A DNA stretch of 59,373 nucleotides from a virus. Its lineage: Duplodnaviria; Caudoviricetes. The number at the start of each line of letters is the position of its first letter. Within the stretch, counting starts at the first letter, position 1. Shown piece after piece: positions 48,301 to 57,063 of this stretch. The DNA lies in IMG/VR virus record IMGVR_UViG_3300043443_000423, positions 1 through 59,373 of that record, one strand, 5' to 3'. Both the position numbers and the translations under genes were made by a program. The notes under the pieces were generated by a model that had not been told where the DNA came from, searched no databases, and was given only the letters and a program-made list of their open reading frames with translations.

Positions 48301-48410
48301 TTATGGATCTTGAAGGGCTCGCCGCGATCGTTGAGCCGCTTGGTGAACAGGACCAGGTAGTTGATCCCGTCGTCCGGTAGGACGTGTTGAAAGAACTCGA
48401 GAGTAGTCAT
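45393..48410 (-). CDS. Primase (RepB/AEP-like) fused to DUF927 helicase
   Basis: FWVDID, SGNGLHCYW, LRTPGTHN; TFGW, GDSGKGKTT, LLDELT. Confidence 0.88.
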   Translation of the reverse strand: MTTLEFFQHVLPDDGINYLVLFTKRLNDRGEPFKIHKSYSDLESMAFAAIEFDQDPDYIGVYHACGGYLRPYIELEETNDWGKPRRKYRVEENWNRAKAFWVDIDCGQAKHDSGEGYLDKTIALTKIFKFSDIIGWPRPTVVDSGNGLHCYWPLNRTISAASWRKVAVLLKASLAHAGVLADPTRTADFASILRTPGTHNRKNDQEKAVKLRREGQVSEPKVLADALTQYAKDNHVKAVRESPKRSAPANADLNSDLTAHLANFPEIESSGDTAASKCAQIAAMRDTQGDVSYEHWRGVIGLLTHCIDGEELAETWSVEREATGHSQLDWRTRYDTWTSGPTTCDFFEKINPAGCEGCEFKGKIRSPIVLGRVIPIAVEPKVEVQFDDGKLEEVVAPALPNGYQWSNGLLARLMTDKDGVIHALTFSSILFYPISRIRSEDGTYRIGIRMHLPNKKVRDFEMSSEAMASQTDMLRSLAKYELRQSNHKDSGLHMAAYLRDQLDALMRNVEEVNTLTTFGWKNNEESFLLGDRLIHKDGSVRRVLVGGGASKFSPAFAYTSGSVTQYAEALNFLYNRPGVEHFQYAICSGWGSVLTPFSGEELFNGLLVALRGGDSGKGKTTACFASMYAFGDAKEMTRHSKDGFTYNALWSFLGTFNNVPVLLDELTNMDPEMFSDLAYGVSNGQGKLRMTSKGGSVQFADTITWQFSPFITGNKDFHGLLASTQANSQAEAVRLIQINVDSYPRIKLHDDDGQEAELVRQCVDTMKANRGAAGEAMIQYVAQHSRSLMTELRTVGNDLATHLPGPKYRFYRAHAACTLVIARVAKDLGIIEFDLQRLEAFTITLLQQLAEQVTTMNTVTMEEAFNRMMADLTPRILVTDTYRDKRSKRGPESPRNRVNGAIAGRYVLGRPDEPEHAGHIMLNQRDVRDWCTKNRVDYEALLNQLSADGALVNRSEKLTLTRGTDVPSIQARCIVVDAYKIDKDHLTIVPNPAVVTDIKAVGGVS

Positions 48411-48412
48411 GG

Positions 48413-48670
48413 CTACCCCCGTTCAATGATGCTTTTCTCCGTCGCGTGAGCCCCGATGCGAATCGTCCGGTCGAGGTGGTCTAGGACCACCTCCTTCATC
48501 TGATCCATCTGAATCTGGGTACTACCAGTCTGGACAATGACACGCCCGAGCAATTCGGCGAGGCCGATGATGACCTCACCCATGTTGAAGTTCTTACCTT
48601 CAAGTGCTGCGTTCGCTTCTCTGACCACCCCTGCGACTTTAGTTGCTTCAATGTTCATGCGTTTATCCAA
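48413..48670 (-). CDS. Hypothetical protein (start uncertain)
   Basis: Co-oriented ORF ending 2 nt before the primase start. Confidence 0.65.
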   Translation of the reverse strand: MDKRMNIEATKVAGVVREANAALEGKNFNMGEVIIGLAELLGRVIVQTGSTQIQMDQMKEVVLDHLDRTIRIGAHATEKSIIERG

Positions 48671-48678
48671 AAAGAGCG

Positions 48679-48732
48679 TGGGCTACTCGCTGCGTCCGGG
48701 GTGGTACTACCCCCAGCATCCGCTTTCACCCA
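48679..48732 (-). ncRNA. Candidate structured RNA with bulged-G/loop E module
   Basis: TGGGT-GAAA-GC-GGA-TGC-TGGGG..CCCCG-GAC-GCA-GC-GAGTA-GCCCA followed by CTTTTT. Confidence 0.45.
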
Positions 48733-48737
48733 AGGGG

Positions 48738-49703
48738 TCAGTCGTCAAAGTCGATGCCTTCCAGGTCCACATCCAGGTCTTCCACCGGCGTGGGCTTGGG
48801 TTTGGCTTTCTCCGCTTTGGGCGCGGCTTTCTCGGCGGCTGCAACGGCCGTCTCGACTTCGTCGGTGGTCACGGTCTTGGACTTGGAGGCGGTCTTCGCC
48901 TTGGTCACTGCGGTCTCTGCAGCCTCGGCAGCTGCGGTGGACTCGTTAACGTCGGCTTGCGCCACGGCATCGATGGCGGTGTTCAGGCTTCCACCCGTGA
49001 TGTCGCGAACGGTGTCGCTGTCCATCATCTCGCGCACTTGCTCGAACGACGCGTCATCCAGGATACCCACGGGCTTGAAGGTGAGCTTGGGGCTCTCGGC
49101 CTCCATGTCGAACCCGATGCGGGTGAGCACCATGTTGTACGCCACGCCTCGTTTGGCCAGCATCTGACCGTACTCGCCCAGGCCGCGGATGGACGCCGGA
49201 GGCACACGAAGCAGCATCGGATCGTTGATCTGTCCACCCGGTGCGATCGCAAGACGCACGGTGTCCGAGCAGGCCTTGCCCTTGGAGGTGCCCTTGTCGG
49301 TGATCCTCGAGCCCCACTGGTTGTGAGGGCAGGTGGCGCACTTCTTGGACTGCGGGGTCTTGGCGTCTGCCGCGGGCTCCACGCCGGTCGTGGAGTAGCA
49401 GTCGGGCTTTTGTTTCTCCGAGCTCTCCGGGTCGTAGCCCTTGAGGTAGAACACCTTGGAGGTGCCCTTGTTCGCCTTGATGATCACAGCTTCGATGGCG
49501 GTCGCCGCGCTGTCGGGATCCTTGGGGTTGGTGAGGACCTTGCGCTCACCATCGCGCACCACTGCGAACACCTTGCCCTTGATGGACATGACCGGGAAAC
49601 CACCACCTGCGTGCGCAGTGAGATCCGCGTTAAGTGCTGCAACATCAACTTGTTTGAGATACGCGGGCAGCTTGCTACCGCCTTCGAACGGAATGATATT
49701 CAT
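48738..49703 (-). CDS. Single-stranded DNA-binding protein (putative)
   Basis: PDCYS..CATCPHNQWGS..KAC..LLRVPPAS; Ala/Lys linker; acidic-aromatic tail; in replication module. Confidence 0.7.
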   Translation of the reverse strand: MNIIPFEGGSKLPAYLKQVDVAALNADLTAHAGGGFPVMSIKGKVFAVVRDGERKVLTNPKDPDSAATAIEAVIIKANKGTSKVFYLKGYDPESSEKQKPDCYSTTGVEPAADAKTPQSKKCATCPHNQWGSRITDKGTSKGKACSDTVRLAIAPGGQINDPMLLRVPPASIRGLGEYGQMLAKRGVAYNMVLTRIGFDMEAESPKLTFKPVGILDDASFEQVREMMDSDTVRDITGGSLNTAIDAVAQADVNESTAAAEAAETAVTKAKTASKSKTVTTDEVETAVAAAEKAAPKAEKAKPKPTPVEDLDVDLEGIDFDD

Positions 49704-49731
49704 TCAGTTAGCTCCAGAAAGGTTAGAGATA

Positions 49732-50118
49732 TTACGCCGATCGGCGCACGTTGACTACACGTTCCACTCGCAGGTTGACGCCTGGAGGGACTTGGGTATC
49801 GTTGGCTGCGACGAACTGCTCCACAGCGGTCTTGGATGCCCTAACTTCCAACAGTGACCATTCCTCTTTGGCCTTCACGAAGTCCATGAAAGCGTCCCGA
49901 TCTGCCACGGAGGCGGTGGTCCTGGTGGATGTGTATGCGGTGCCAAACTCGGTTTTCACAGAGTCTACACCGGTTGAGTCGAAGGCCTGCAGCAACTTGG
50001 CTTCGAGCTTGTCCATCTTCTCGGTCAAGGGGGCTACCGAGGCTTCGTACTGGGCCTTCAATTCGGCCTTCTGGTCGCGCAGTTTGATGTACAGTGCGAC
50101 TGCTTCTGACAGTTTCAT
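49732..50118 (-). CDS. Conserved phage replication-module protein (coiled coil)
   Basis: GVDSVKTEFGTAY..VPPGV; AGGAG RBS. Confidence 0.75.
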   Translation of the reverse strand: MKLSEAVALYIKLRDQKAELKAQYEASVAPLTEKMDKLEAKLLQAFDSTGVDSVKTEFGTAYTSTRTTASVADRDAFMDFVKAKEEWSLLEVRASKTAVEQFVAANDTQVPPGVNLRVERVVNVRRSA

Positions 50119-50147
50119 TTGTTAGCTCCTGTTGTACTACGTTAGAA

Positions 50148-50174
50148 AGTATACCACATCCGTTAGCATGTCAA
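50148..50174 (-). promoter_or_regulatory. Putative sigma70 promoter with CTAAC motif in spacer
   Basis: TTGACA-TGCTAACGGATGTGG-TATACT (15-nt spacer, extended -10). Confidence 0.55.
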
Positions 50175-50374
50175 GCCGTACCATAATTTACACCATAAGC
50201 TGCTAACACGCCCATGGTACCAATCGCCGCGAGGAAGTCCTGCAGGTCCTCGAGGTCCTCGAAACGCATGATGAACGTATGTGTACCGCTATCGACTTCC
50301 AGCTGCAGGTGACCCTCCTTGTTCATGAACACGTTGATGGAGAGATCGGGCTCGGCTGCTTGTTCTTTACTCAT
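50171..50374 (-). CDS. Hypothetical protein (67 aa)
   Basis: Coupled to helicase stop. Confidence 0.6.
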   Translation of the reverse strand: MSKEQAAEPDLSINVFMNKEGHLQLEVDSGTHTFIMRFEDLEDLQDFLAAIGTMGVLAAYGVNYGTA

Positions 50375-51938
50375 CTATCTTGTCCTTCATCATCTCCAGC
50401 AGCACGCCCTGCATGGACTTCTTCTCCTGCAACCGCTGGTAGACCCTGCGCTCCATGTCGGAGCCGGCGATGTGCGCGATCACCGTTGTCTTGGTCTGTC
50501 CTGGGCGGCGCACCCTGGCGTTAGCCTGCTCGTAGATCTCGTTGGAATGCACGGGCGCATACCAGACGATCGTTGTTGCTGCAGTAAGGGTCAGCCCGTG
50601 ACTCATCGTGGCGGCGTTCGCCACCAGGACCCGTGGATCAGACTGCGTCTGAAACGCCGAAAAGATCCGATCGCGTTCCGTCTTGGACGTCTCACCGTGG
50701 ACGATGTCCACGCTCTCAACGCCGTAATGACTTCGTAGATCATCTGCTACCGTCTCCAATGCTGCGGTCAAGGGAACGAACACGATCACCTTGCCACTTG
50801 ATTCTTCGATCAACTCACGCAGCACCTCGAGCCGTGGCTTGGAGGGCAGCACCACTTCGTTACCCGCAATGCCGTATGCAACGCCGCAGGCGATCTGGAT
50901 GAGCTTGTTGGCCTTGACCGCTTCGTTGACCGCCAGGATCTGTCCACCCTGGTACTCGGTGGAGAGCTTGTCCAGCATGTCCTTGTAGGCCTTGGCTTGC
51001 TCCTTGGTCATCTCGACGTCATAGGTGGTGAACACCTGCTCGGGCAAGTCCACGCAGTCTTCCAATGCGTAGCGGATCGCCGGCTGCATCATCTTGTGGA
51101 TGATGTCATTGGCCTCGGGGCGCGGGACCCACTTGAACTGGGTCAGCTGACGCATGACCTTGTCTCGGAACTTGCCGAAGTAGGGGGGCACCTCGGGGTT
51201 GTCGGGTGTCACCAGTTTGCATTGTGCCCAGGCGTCGGTCGGTGCGTTGGGCGTCGGCGATCCGGTCATCCCCCATACGCGGCGCGAGCTCTGTTTGTTA
51301 CAGATGACGTTCAGGTTCTTCCACCGCTCGGTCGAGGAGTTGCGAGCCAGGGCGAGCTCGTCAATACAGATCACATCGATGTCAGGACGCTTGGCCAACT
51401 CATCCCGGATCGTGCCTACACCATCAATGTTGATCACGTAGACGTGGACATCAGTCTTCAAGAGCTTGAGCCGTCTCTCGCGAGTCCCATACAGGACTGA
51501 ACAGTCCAAGTGGGGGAAGGTCTGGAACACCGAGTCCCCCCAGGTCCGCTCCATCGTGGACAGGGGGCAGATCACCAACATCTTCTTGGCCTGCTTGGTG
51601 CGGCGCAGGTAGTCATACGCCCACAGTGCCGAGTTCGTCTTGCCAGTGCCCATGCCGTTTAAGCAGTAGGCCCTCGAGTGCATCACCAGAAAGTTGGCCG
51701 TATCTCGCTGCGCAATGAAGGGGTCGTACTGCCCACGCACCTTGGGAAAGCTGTAGTGCATCGGCATGGGGTCGGGTACTTCGAACCCCAGGTTCCTCAG
51801 GACCCTCGTCTCATCAGGGCGGTGGGGGATGGCCACCATGTGCGCGCTGACTGCAACCGCAGTCGGGATCACCGTCGTGACGCGCTCGGGATTGCGCAGC
51901 TTGAGGACGACTGCCTTCTTGTCCTTATGAATCAGCAT
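50367..51938 (-). CDS. SNF2-family helicase
   Basis: GMGTGKT, ICPLS, CIDEL, MTGSPTPN, HGLTLTAA, QANARVRRPGQ. Confidence 0.92.
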   Translation of the reverse strand: MLIHKDKKAVVLKLRNPERVTTVIPTAVAVSAHMVAIPHRPDETRVLRNLGFEVPDPMPMHYSFPKVRGQYDPFIAQRDTANFLVMHSRAYCLNGMGTGKTNSALWAYDYLRRTKQAKKMLVICPLSTMERTWGDSVFQTFPHLDCSVLYGTRERRLKLLKTDVHVYVINIDGVGTIRDELAKRPDIDVICIDELALARNSSTERWKNLNVICNKQSSRRVWGMTGSPTPNAPTDAWAQCKLVTPDNPEVPPYFGKFRDKVMRQLTQFKWVPRPEANDIIHKMMQPAIRYALEDCVDLPEQVFTTYDVEMTKEQAKAYKDMLDKLSTEYQGGQILAVNEAVKANKLIQIACGVAYGIAGNEVVLPSKPRLEVLRELIEESSGKVIVFVPLTAALETVADDLRSHYGVESVDIVHGETSKTERDRIFSAFQTQSDPRVLVANAATMSHGLTLTAATTIVWYAPVHSNEIYEQANARVRRPGQTKTTVIAHIAGSDMERRVYQRLQEKKSMQGVLLEMMKDKIDE

Positions 51939-51943
51939 GCGCG

Positions 51944-52210
51944 TTACTTGTCTGGGTTGTAGGAGCCACTGCCTTTTCTCCACCCGCGGTTCTTGGCGCG
52001 ATCCTGGACCTCGAGGTTCGATGGAGCGTTCCCGCCGCCATTCTCCAATGACTGCTTGTGTGCAACATCCTTGCCATCTCCGACCTTGGCTTTGCCGGCT
52101 TTGATCGCTGCACGTCGTGCGGCGTTGTTAGCGACTCGCTTTGCGACTTCTTCGGGGCGGGCGTTGTAGGCCTTCTGGTAGGCCAGCTTGCGAGGCGTTG
52201 ACTTCGTCAT
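51944..52210 (-). CDS. Small HNH-like protein
   Basis: GDGKDVAHKQSLENGGGNAPSNLEV..KNR. Confidence 0.75.
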   Translation of the reverse strand: MTKSTPRKLAYQKAYNARPEEVAKRVANNAARRAAIKAGKAKVGDGKDVAHKQSLENGGGNAPSNLEVQDRAKNRGWRKGSGSYNPDK

Positions 52211-52211
52211 C

Positions 52212-52529
52212 TTACTCTCCTGATAGTTTCTCTGCGATCTGAATTGCATTGAGCGACTCACGAAGGAAGTCAACGTCATCCACGACCAAAGCGAATCCGT
52301 CGTTGGCCACGATCTCATCGATCACTCGGCGTTGATTGGCCGTCAAGTCTTTCCACTTGCCGGGTGCCTTGGTCTCGATGGCGATGAAGTTCCCTCGCCA
52401 GCAGCAGATGAAGTCGGGGATACCCACCCGACCCATGCCGTTCTGTACGGGCTGGTAGTACCAGATCCCTAGTTCTTGCAACAGCTTCCTAACTTGTGCC
52501 TTGACACGACCTTCGGGCGTCATCGCCAT
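52212..52529 (-). CDS. VRR-NUC nuclease
   Basis: TPEGRVK, GIPDFICC, IAIETKA, TANQ. Confidence 0.88.
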   Translation of the reverse strand: MAMTPEGRVKAQVRKLLQELGIWYYQPVQNGMGRVGIPDFICCWRGNFIAIETKAPGKWKDLTANQRRVIDEIVANDGFALVVDDVDFLRESLNAIQIAEKLSGE

Positions 52530-52659
52530 CGTCTTCCTCCTGCAGTGCTATGGCCAACCGTTGGGCCAGTTCGATCTCGAGCGAAGACGCGTCTTCTTTC
52601 AGGAGCACCATGTGCACCAGTTCGAGGCTGCTCATCCACGCATACTCCGTTAGAACCAC
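52489..52659 (-). CDS. Hypothetical protein (56 aa, GTG start, not in ORF track)
   Basis: GGGGTGA RBS; helical acidic; fills the gap. Confidence 0.4.
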   Translation of the reverse strand: MVLTEYAWMSSLELVHMVLLKEDASSLEIELAQRLAIALQEEDDGDDARRSCQGTS

Positions 52660-52662
52660 GTC

Positions 52663-53316
52663 TCACCCCTTGGACCGATAGAACTCGCAGGTGGTTACCG
52701 GGCACCAACCTTTGCACAAACCGGAAGGTCTTGCGGGCCAGCTGTCACGATCGTAAGCAGATTCCAGCTTGACCACACGGGGCAATAATGACTGCCATGT
52801 CACCGATATGGAAGACCTGTCAATCGGCTTCCAGTCAATGCGCTTATCTCTTAACCAGACGAAACCTGTTGTGACCTTGTTCACCTCTGGGTGGTGGTGA
52901 AAGACGTAATTCGCATACAAATCAAGCTGTTCGGTGGGCTTGCGCTTGCCTGTTTTGAAATCCAGAACAGCGGCCTTCTCGCCCGCAATGACTACCAGGT
53001 CAGCGATTCCTCGACTCCAGGAACTGGACCAGTCTGTTGGCTTGAAGTCACGGTCGATCGCGTACTTGTACTCGGTCAATTTCTCGCCAGGTAGGTTCTG
53101 CAGCTTGGTCGCCAACGCCTGCCACTGCTGCATGTCCTCGGGGAGCGGGACGCCGTCCTTGATGGTGGCCTCGAAGGCTTCGTGAACTCGGTTGCCCCAT
53201 ACGGTGTGGACGCTCGGTGGCTCGGGGAAGTCACGCTTGACCTTGGCGTGGTAGAACTTGCGTGGGCAGGACTCGAACGAGTCCAGTTGGCTGTACGTCC
53301 AGGGTCTTCGATCCAT
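52663..53316 (-). CDS. PD-(D/E)XK Cas4/RecB-like exonuclease
   Basis: SCPRKF, GNRVH, RGIADL..LDFKTG, QLDLY, CKGWCPVTTC. Confidence 0.88.
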   Translation of the reverse strand: MDRRPWTYSQLDSFESCPRKFYHAKVKRDFPEPPSVHTVWGNRVHEAFEATIKDGVPLPEDMQQWQALATKLQNLPGEKLTEYKYAIDRDFKPTDWSSSWSRGIADLVVIAGEKAAVLDFKTGKRKPTEQLDLYANYVFHHHPEVNKVTTGFVWLRDKRIDWKPIDRSSISVTWQSLLPRVVKLESAYDRDSWPARPSGLCKGWCPVTTCEFYRSKG

Positions 53317-53405
53317 CGTTCCTCCCAATGTGGTTCAGCCCCAGGTCACCTTTCGGTGGCTGGGGCGCTTTGTTAGGAACTATTATAGGGGTATCGGTGT
53401 GTATG

Positions 53406-53996
53406 TCAACGAGGTTTGATGGCCTGGGCGAGCTTCTCTCCGAAGCCGCTCTTGGGCTTGTTTTCCACCTTGACGACGTACTTGCGCTTGATGCCGCCCT
53501 GCAGTTTCGCCTCGGCCAGCAGCGCATCGATCTCGCGTTCTTTGCGATGCCAGAAGTCCTTGAGCTTGTCGTTGCGCTCGAGCCAACTGAGCTCACCCTG
53601 TTTCTCTAGAAACTCGACTCGCTCCTTATTCCACACAGTGTACTGACGCAACAGCACCTTGCGCCGCTCATCGAGCGAGAGCTTCTTACCCGTCATCACT
53701 TCCTCGAGCTCGATCACCTTCTTGTCGCGCTGCCTCTTAGCGGCCATGTACTGGCGTTGGTAGGCGTTGCGATCGTCTCGCTTGATCTCCGCGACTTGGA
53801 TGAGGTTCTCCATCGCCTGAAGATTCTGGCGACCGATCACGAGCAACTCGTTAAGCACCTCCGCATCGTCCTTAAAGGGCATGGACCGCGGCTTGCTGAC
53901 CGTAGAGCGCAGCTTCTTGATGTGGTGAGAAAAATAGGAACTGTCTACCAAAAACTGCACGGCCAGCCTTGCACGTGCCAGGTCGTACGCGACCAT
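53406..53996 (-). CDS. Hypothetical helical protein (196 aa)
   Basis: Long charged ORF with possible own promoter. Confidence 0.75.
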   Translation of the reverse strand: MVAYDLARARLAVQFLVDSSYFSHHIKKLRSTVSKPRSMPFKDDAEVLNELLVIGRQNLQAMENLIQVAEIKRDDRNAYQRQYMAAKRQRDKKVIELEEVMTGKKLSLDERRKVLLRQYTVWNKERVEFLEKQGELSWLERNDKLKDFWHRKEREIDALLAEAKLQGGIKRKYVVKVENKPKSGFGEKLAQAIKPR

Positions 53997-54071
53997 GTGT
54001 AGGCCTTCACAATCACACTAAGGTAGCAACAGCCTACATCATGTGATACCAACGTTCAAGTGTTTATAGCG

Positions 54072-56039
54072 TCATTTAGCTTCGCCGTAACGGTCCGCCA
54101 TGTCTCCGTCGCTCCAGGTCACCAATTCGGGCCACCAGTCAACAGGTGATCGCATGATGGTTTGGAGCTCGGCCAACAGGCCTTCGGCTTCCTTCTCGGG
54201 GACCACGTAAACCAGTTCGTCATGCACCGTGAGTGCTGGCGAGAGTCCCGTTAAGCGTCTGAATTTTAAGGCGTTATCGGCGATGATGTCCCTGGCCAAG
54301 GCCTGCACCAAGTTCTCCACACCCTTCCCGGCGTAGATGCGTGCCTTGGTCCTGCCGCAGCCGTACCACCATTCGGTCTTGCCATTTTCGCGAGCCCGTC
54401 CAAGGTTGGGGTAGTGGATCTTGCGGCCTGATGGGAGGCGCACGGCGTTCTTCTCAACGATGCACATTCCCCACGGATCGATCTCGCGGTGGACCCCCTG
54501 AAGGATGCTGGGTAGGGACTCCTGAAAGCCCTGCCAGCCGTTAACAATTTCCTTGTACTCCTCGCGCCAAGTATTAACTATGTCTAGAGATTCTTCCTCG
54601 GACAAGTCCAGCCCGCCCATCAATTTAGCAACTTTGCGGAAGGTCGGTGCACCGGCTCCGAAGCCCAGTCCAAGCTGGGCGACCTTGGCCAGTTGTCGTT
54701 GATCCTTGGACACTTGATCCGGCTCAAGTCCATACCGTGCTGCAGCAAAGGCTCGATACAGGTCTGCCTTGGCGTCCGATGCGTACAACGCCATCGAGGA
54801 CGGCACCTTCCAGAGGAAGTGGTTGACCCGCAACTCGATACCCGACTGGTCGGCCACGATCACTTTGTACTTCCTAGGCGCACACAAGCTCAGACGCAAG
54901 GCGTTCGATGGGCGAGGGATGATGTTGCCCTCCTTGTCGCGTGGGATCCGCGGCAGGTTCTGCATGTTGTACTGCTCACCCGACCAGCGCCCGGTGGTGT
55001 CGGCACCGGCGTACTTCAAAGGCACCGGCAGCTTGCCTGACACAGAGCGTGCAGCCAGGATGAACGCCTCAAGGCGGGTCTCGAGCAGGGTGGACTTCAC
55101 GTCCAGCCGAGCTCTCGCTGCGGTGGCCACCAGGGGGTTGTTGTGTTCCTGCAGTTTGATGAAGGCCTCATCGGTCTTGGCCAGCGCCGGCACCATCTTC
55201 TCGCTGTTGGTGGGTGACGGTTTGGTAGGAACTTCCACGCCCAGCTTGTTCAGGAGCGCCGAGAACTTGGCCGCACTGGCGAGCTCTGACTTGACCAGCG
55301 TTTCGATGGGGGTCCCATTCTCGAGGCTCTCGGCCACCAGGTCTGCCATGTCCAGCTGCTTGGCCAATCGGATCAGCATGTCGCGCTTCTCGTTCTGGCA
55401 TTGCACCATGGTGTCGCTCACCAACTTGAAGTCGAGCTCGAACTGCGGCTCGGTCAGCATGCGTACCGTCATGTCAATCAACACCAACTCGTTCTTTGGC
55501 ATACGTTTGACCAGCAAGCCGAACAACTCTGCACACAGGTCCGTATCGACCTTGTTGTACTCCCGCATGGCCTCGATCTCATCGGGCGTGAAGTCCTTGA
55601 GATACTTGCCCTTGGTGTTGGTGCCCTCCAGGTCCAGCTTGCGTCGGGTGGTCAACTCCGCGGCGAGCTTCTTCAGCGACACACCGGTCTGCATCCGTCC
55701 ACCGACGAACGCTTCTGTCTTGGAGAACTCCGAGCGAGCCATCGCTGCGGTGCACCCCCACATCTTCGGGTTGATGTCATAGCGCCATGCCACGATCATC
55801 GAGTCGAACCCGGCCATGTTGTGGCCGATGCACATCGCATCCGTCCAGTCGATCGCCCGCAGGGCCTTGCCGATTTCCTTCTCACCAAAGACGACGTAGG
55901 TCTCGCCTGCCATCCCTTCCTTGATTGCGCAGCTGATGATCTCGGTCTTGTCGCTCGTCACGTACTCGGTGGGCGACATCTTGGTCAGTGAGTGGGTGTT
56001 GTCCCAGTAAGTCTCGAAGTCTAGGAAGACAGGTTTCAT
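54072..56039 (-). CDS. Family A DNA polymerase with 3'-5' exonuclease
   Basis: FLDFETY, HNMAGFD, TTGRWS, ADQSGIELRV, RQLAKVAQLGLGFG, TVHDELV. Confidence 0.95.
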   Translation of the reverse strand: MKPVFLDFETYWDNTHSLTKMSPTEYVTSDKTEIISCAIKEGMAGETYVVFGEKEIGKALRAIDWTDAMCIGHNMAGFDSMIVAWRYDINPKMWGCTAAMARSEFSKTEAFVGGRMQTGVSLKKLAAELTTRRKLDLEGTNTKGKYLKDFTPDEIEAMREYNKVDTDLCAELFGLLVKRMPKNELVLIDMTVRMLTEPQFELDFKLVSDTMVQCQNEKRDMLIRLAKQLDMADLVAESLENGTPIETLVKSELASAAKFSALLNKLGVEVPTKPSPTNSEKMVPALAKTDEAFIKLQEHNNPLVATAARARLDVKSTLLETRLEAFILAARSVSGKLPVPLKYAGADTTGRWSGEQYNMQNLPRIPRDKEGNIIPRPSNALRLSLCAPRKYKVIVADQSGIELRVNHFLWKVPSSMALYASDAKADLYRAFAAARYGLEPDQVSKDQRQLAKVAQLGLGFGAGAPTFRKVAKLMGGLDLSEEESLDIVNTWREEYKEIVNGWQGFQESLPSILQGVHREIDPWGMCIVEKNAVRLPSGRKIHYPNLGRARENGKTEWWYGCGRTKARIYAGKGVENLVQALARDIIADNALKFRRLTGLSPALTVHDELVYVVPEKEAEGLLAELQTIMRSPVDWWPELVTWSDGDMADRYGEAK

Positions 56040-56199
56040 GGTTATCCTTAGTTAGTTGATCGTGGGGGAATAGCAGATTGCACCTCCCCCGTAGTGCCTT
56101 AAGGAGCCGTATGCGGGACAACCCGTCGTCACAAACCCACCCCCATACGGCGCAAGCGCACCCTCAGATCTGCCAGCCTAGTGACGCCTGCGACATCTT

Positions 56200-56358
56200 C
56201 TATTGGGTTTGCGCGTTCTGCTGTTGCTCGAGCATCTGCTTGAGCAGTTGAATGTGCCGATCCGCGGACTTCAGGGCCGCGTCGCTGAGGCCGAGCTTGA
56301 TCAAGCCGGCGATGTGTTCGAATCCATAGAGTGCGCGTTCAATATCTTCTTTACTCAT
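56200..56358 (-). CDS. Hypothetical protein (52 aa, MSKEDIERAL..., not in ORF track)
   Basis: ATGA overlap with upstream stop. Confidence 0.55.
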   Translation of the reverse strand: MSKEDIERALYGFEHIAGLIKLGLSDAALKSADRHIQLLKQMLEQQQNAQTQ

Positions 56359-56651
56359 TTGCTGATTGCCTTCATTGCTAGGATGGTAGTAAATGCGTCC
56401 GAGAGCTTCTCGCCTTCCCGAACCAGGTAGAGCTCGGTGGTCCAGTCAGGCCCGTGAGGGTTGTGCTTGTAGGAAGAGACGGCCACCGCCATGCCGTTCA
56501 TGGCCTTGATCACACCAAAGCGGGTGTGCTGCGTCAGGTCGTCGGTAGTGAGGGACGACGTCTGTTTCTCAGGTTCAATAGTTGCAAGTGCATTTTCGAA
56601 CTCGGCCTGGAACATCTTCTTCTTGAGCCATCTGAAAAATGATTTAGTCAT
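56355..56651 (-). CDS. Hypothetical protein (98 aa)
   Basis: GGAG RBS, ATGA overlaps. Confidence 0.7.
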   Translation of the reverse strand: MTKSFFRWLKKKMFQAEFENALATIEPEKQTSSLTTDDLTQHTRFGVIKAMNGMAVAVSSYKHNPHGPDWTTELYLVREGEKLSDAFTTILAMKAISK

Positions 56652-56842
56652 CGGTTCTCCAATCGCGTGGCCACAATGTGCGCCTTCAACTCCTCGACAA
56701 GGCTTTGCAACGACTCGCCATAGACGGCCTTGCAGTCGTTGGGGCCGGCGTCAATCTCCATCAGGTAGCCATCGGATAGCGCGTAGATAAGGATGTTGCT
56801 GCTGTAGATCGCTCGAGCGCCGGTGTTCTGAGGGGTCACCAA
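56648..56842 (-). CDS. Hypothetical protein (64 aa)
   Basis: Coupled ORF. Confidence 0.6.
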   Translation of the reverse strand: MVTPQNTGARAIYSSNILIYALSDGYLMEIDAGPNDCKAVYGESLQSLVEELKAHIVATRLENR

Positions 56843-57063
56843 GATGTCCTACCCAAGATCTCATCGAGCTTCTGCTTGTAGTGCTTGAGCTTGCCCGCGT
56901 CCGGTGAGTCCTTGTAGCCTTGGCGCATGGCGTACTTGATTATGTTGCCCTTCAAGAACCCGATGAACTCTTCACGGGTAAGGACGCTCTCCATGACCGT
57001 CCAGGGTTGTACTGCCATGTCCTTGTAGTGGGTCCCGCCCACTTGAATCTCGTCTGCTTTCAT
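56836..57063 (-). CDS. DUF3310 (SaV-like) protein
   Basis: QVGGTHYK, GFLKGNIIKYAMR. Confidence 0.85.
   Translation of the reverse strand: MKADEIQVGGTHYKDMAVQPWTVMESVLTREEFIGFLKGNIIKYAMRQGYKDSPDAGKLKHYKQKLDEILGRTSW

Noticed and set aside
52663-53316. CRISPR cas4 gene
   Set aside because: Stand-alone phage exonuclease in a replication module, with no array or other cas genes
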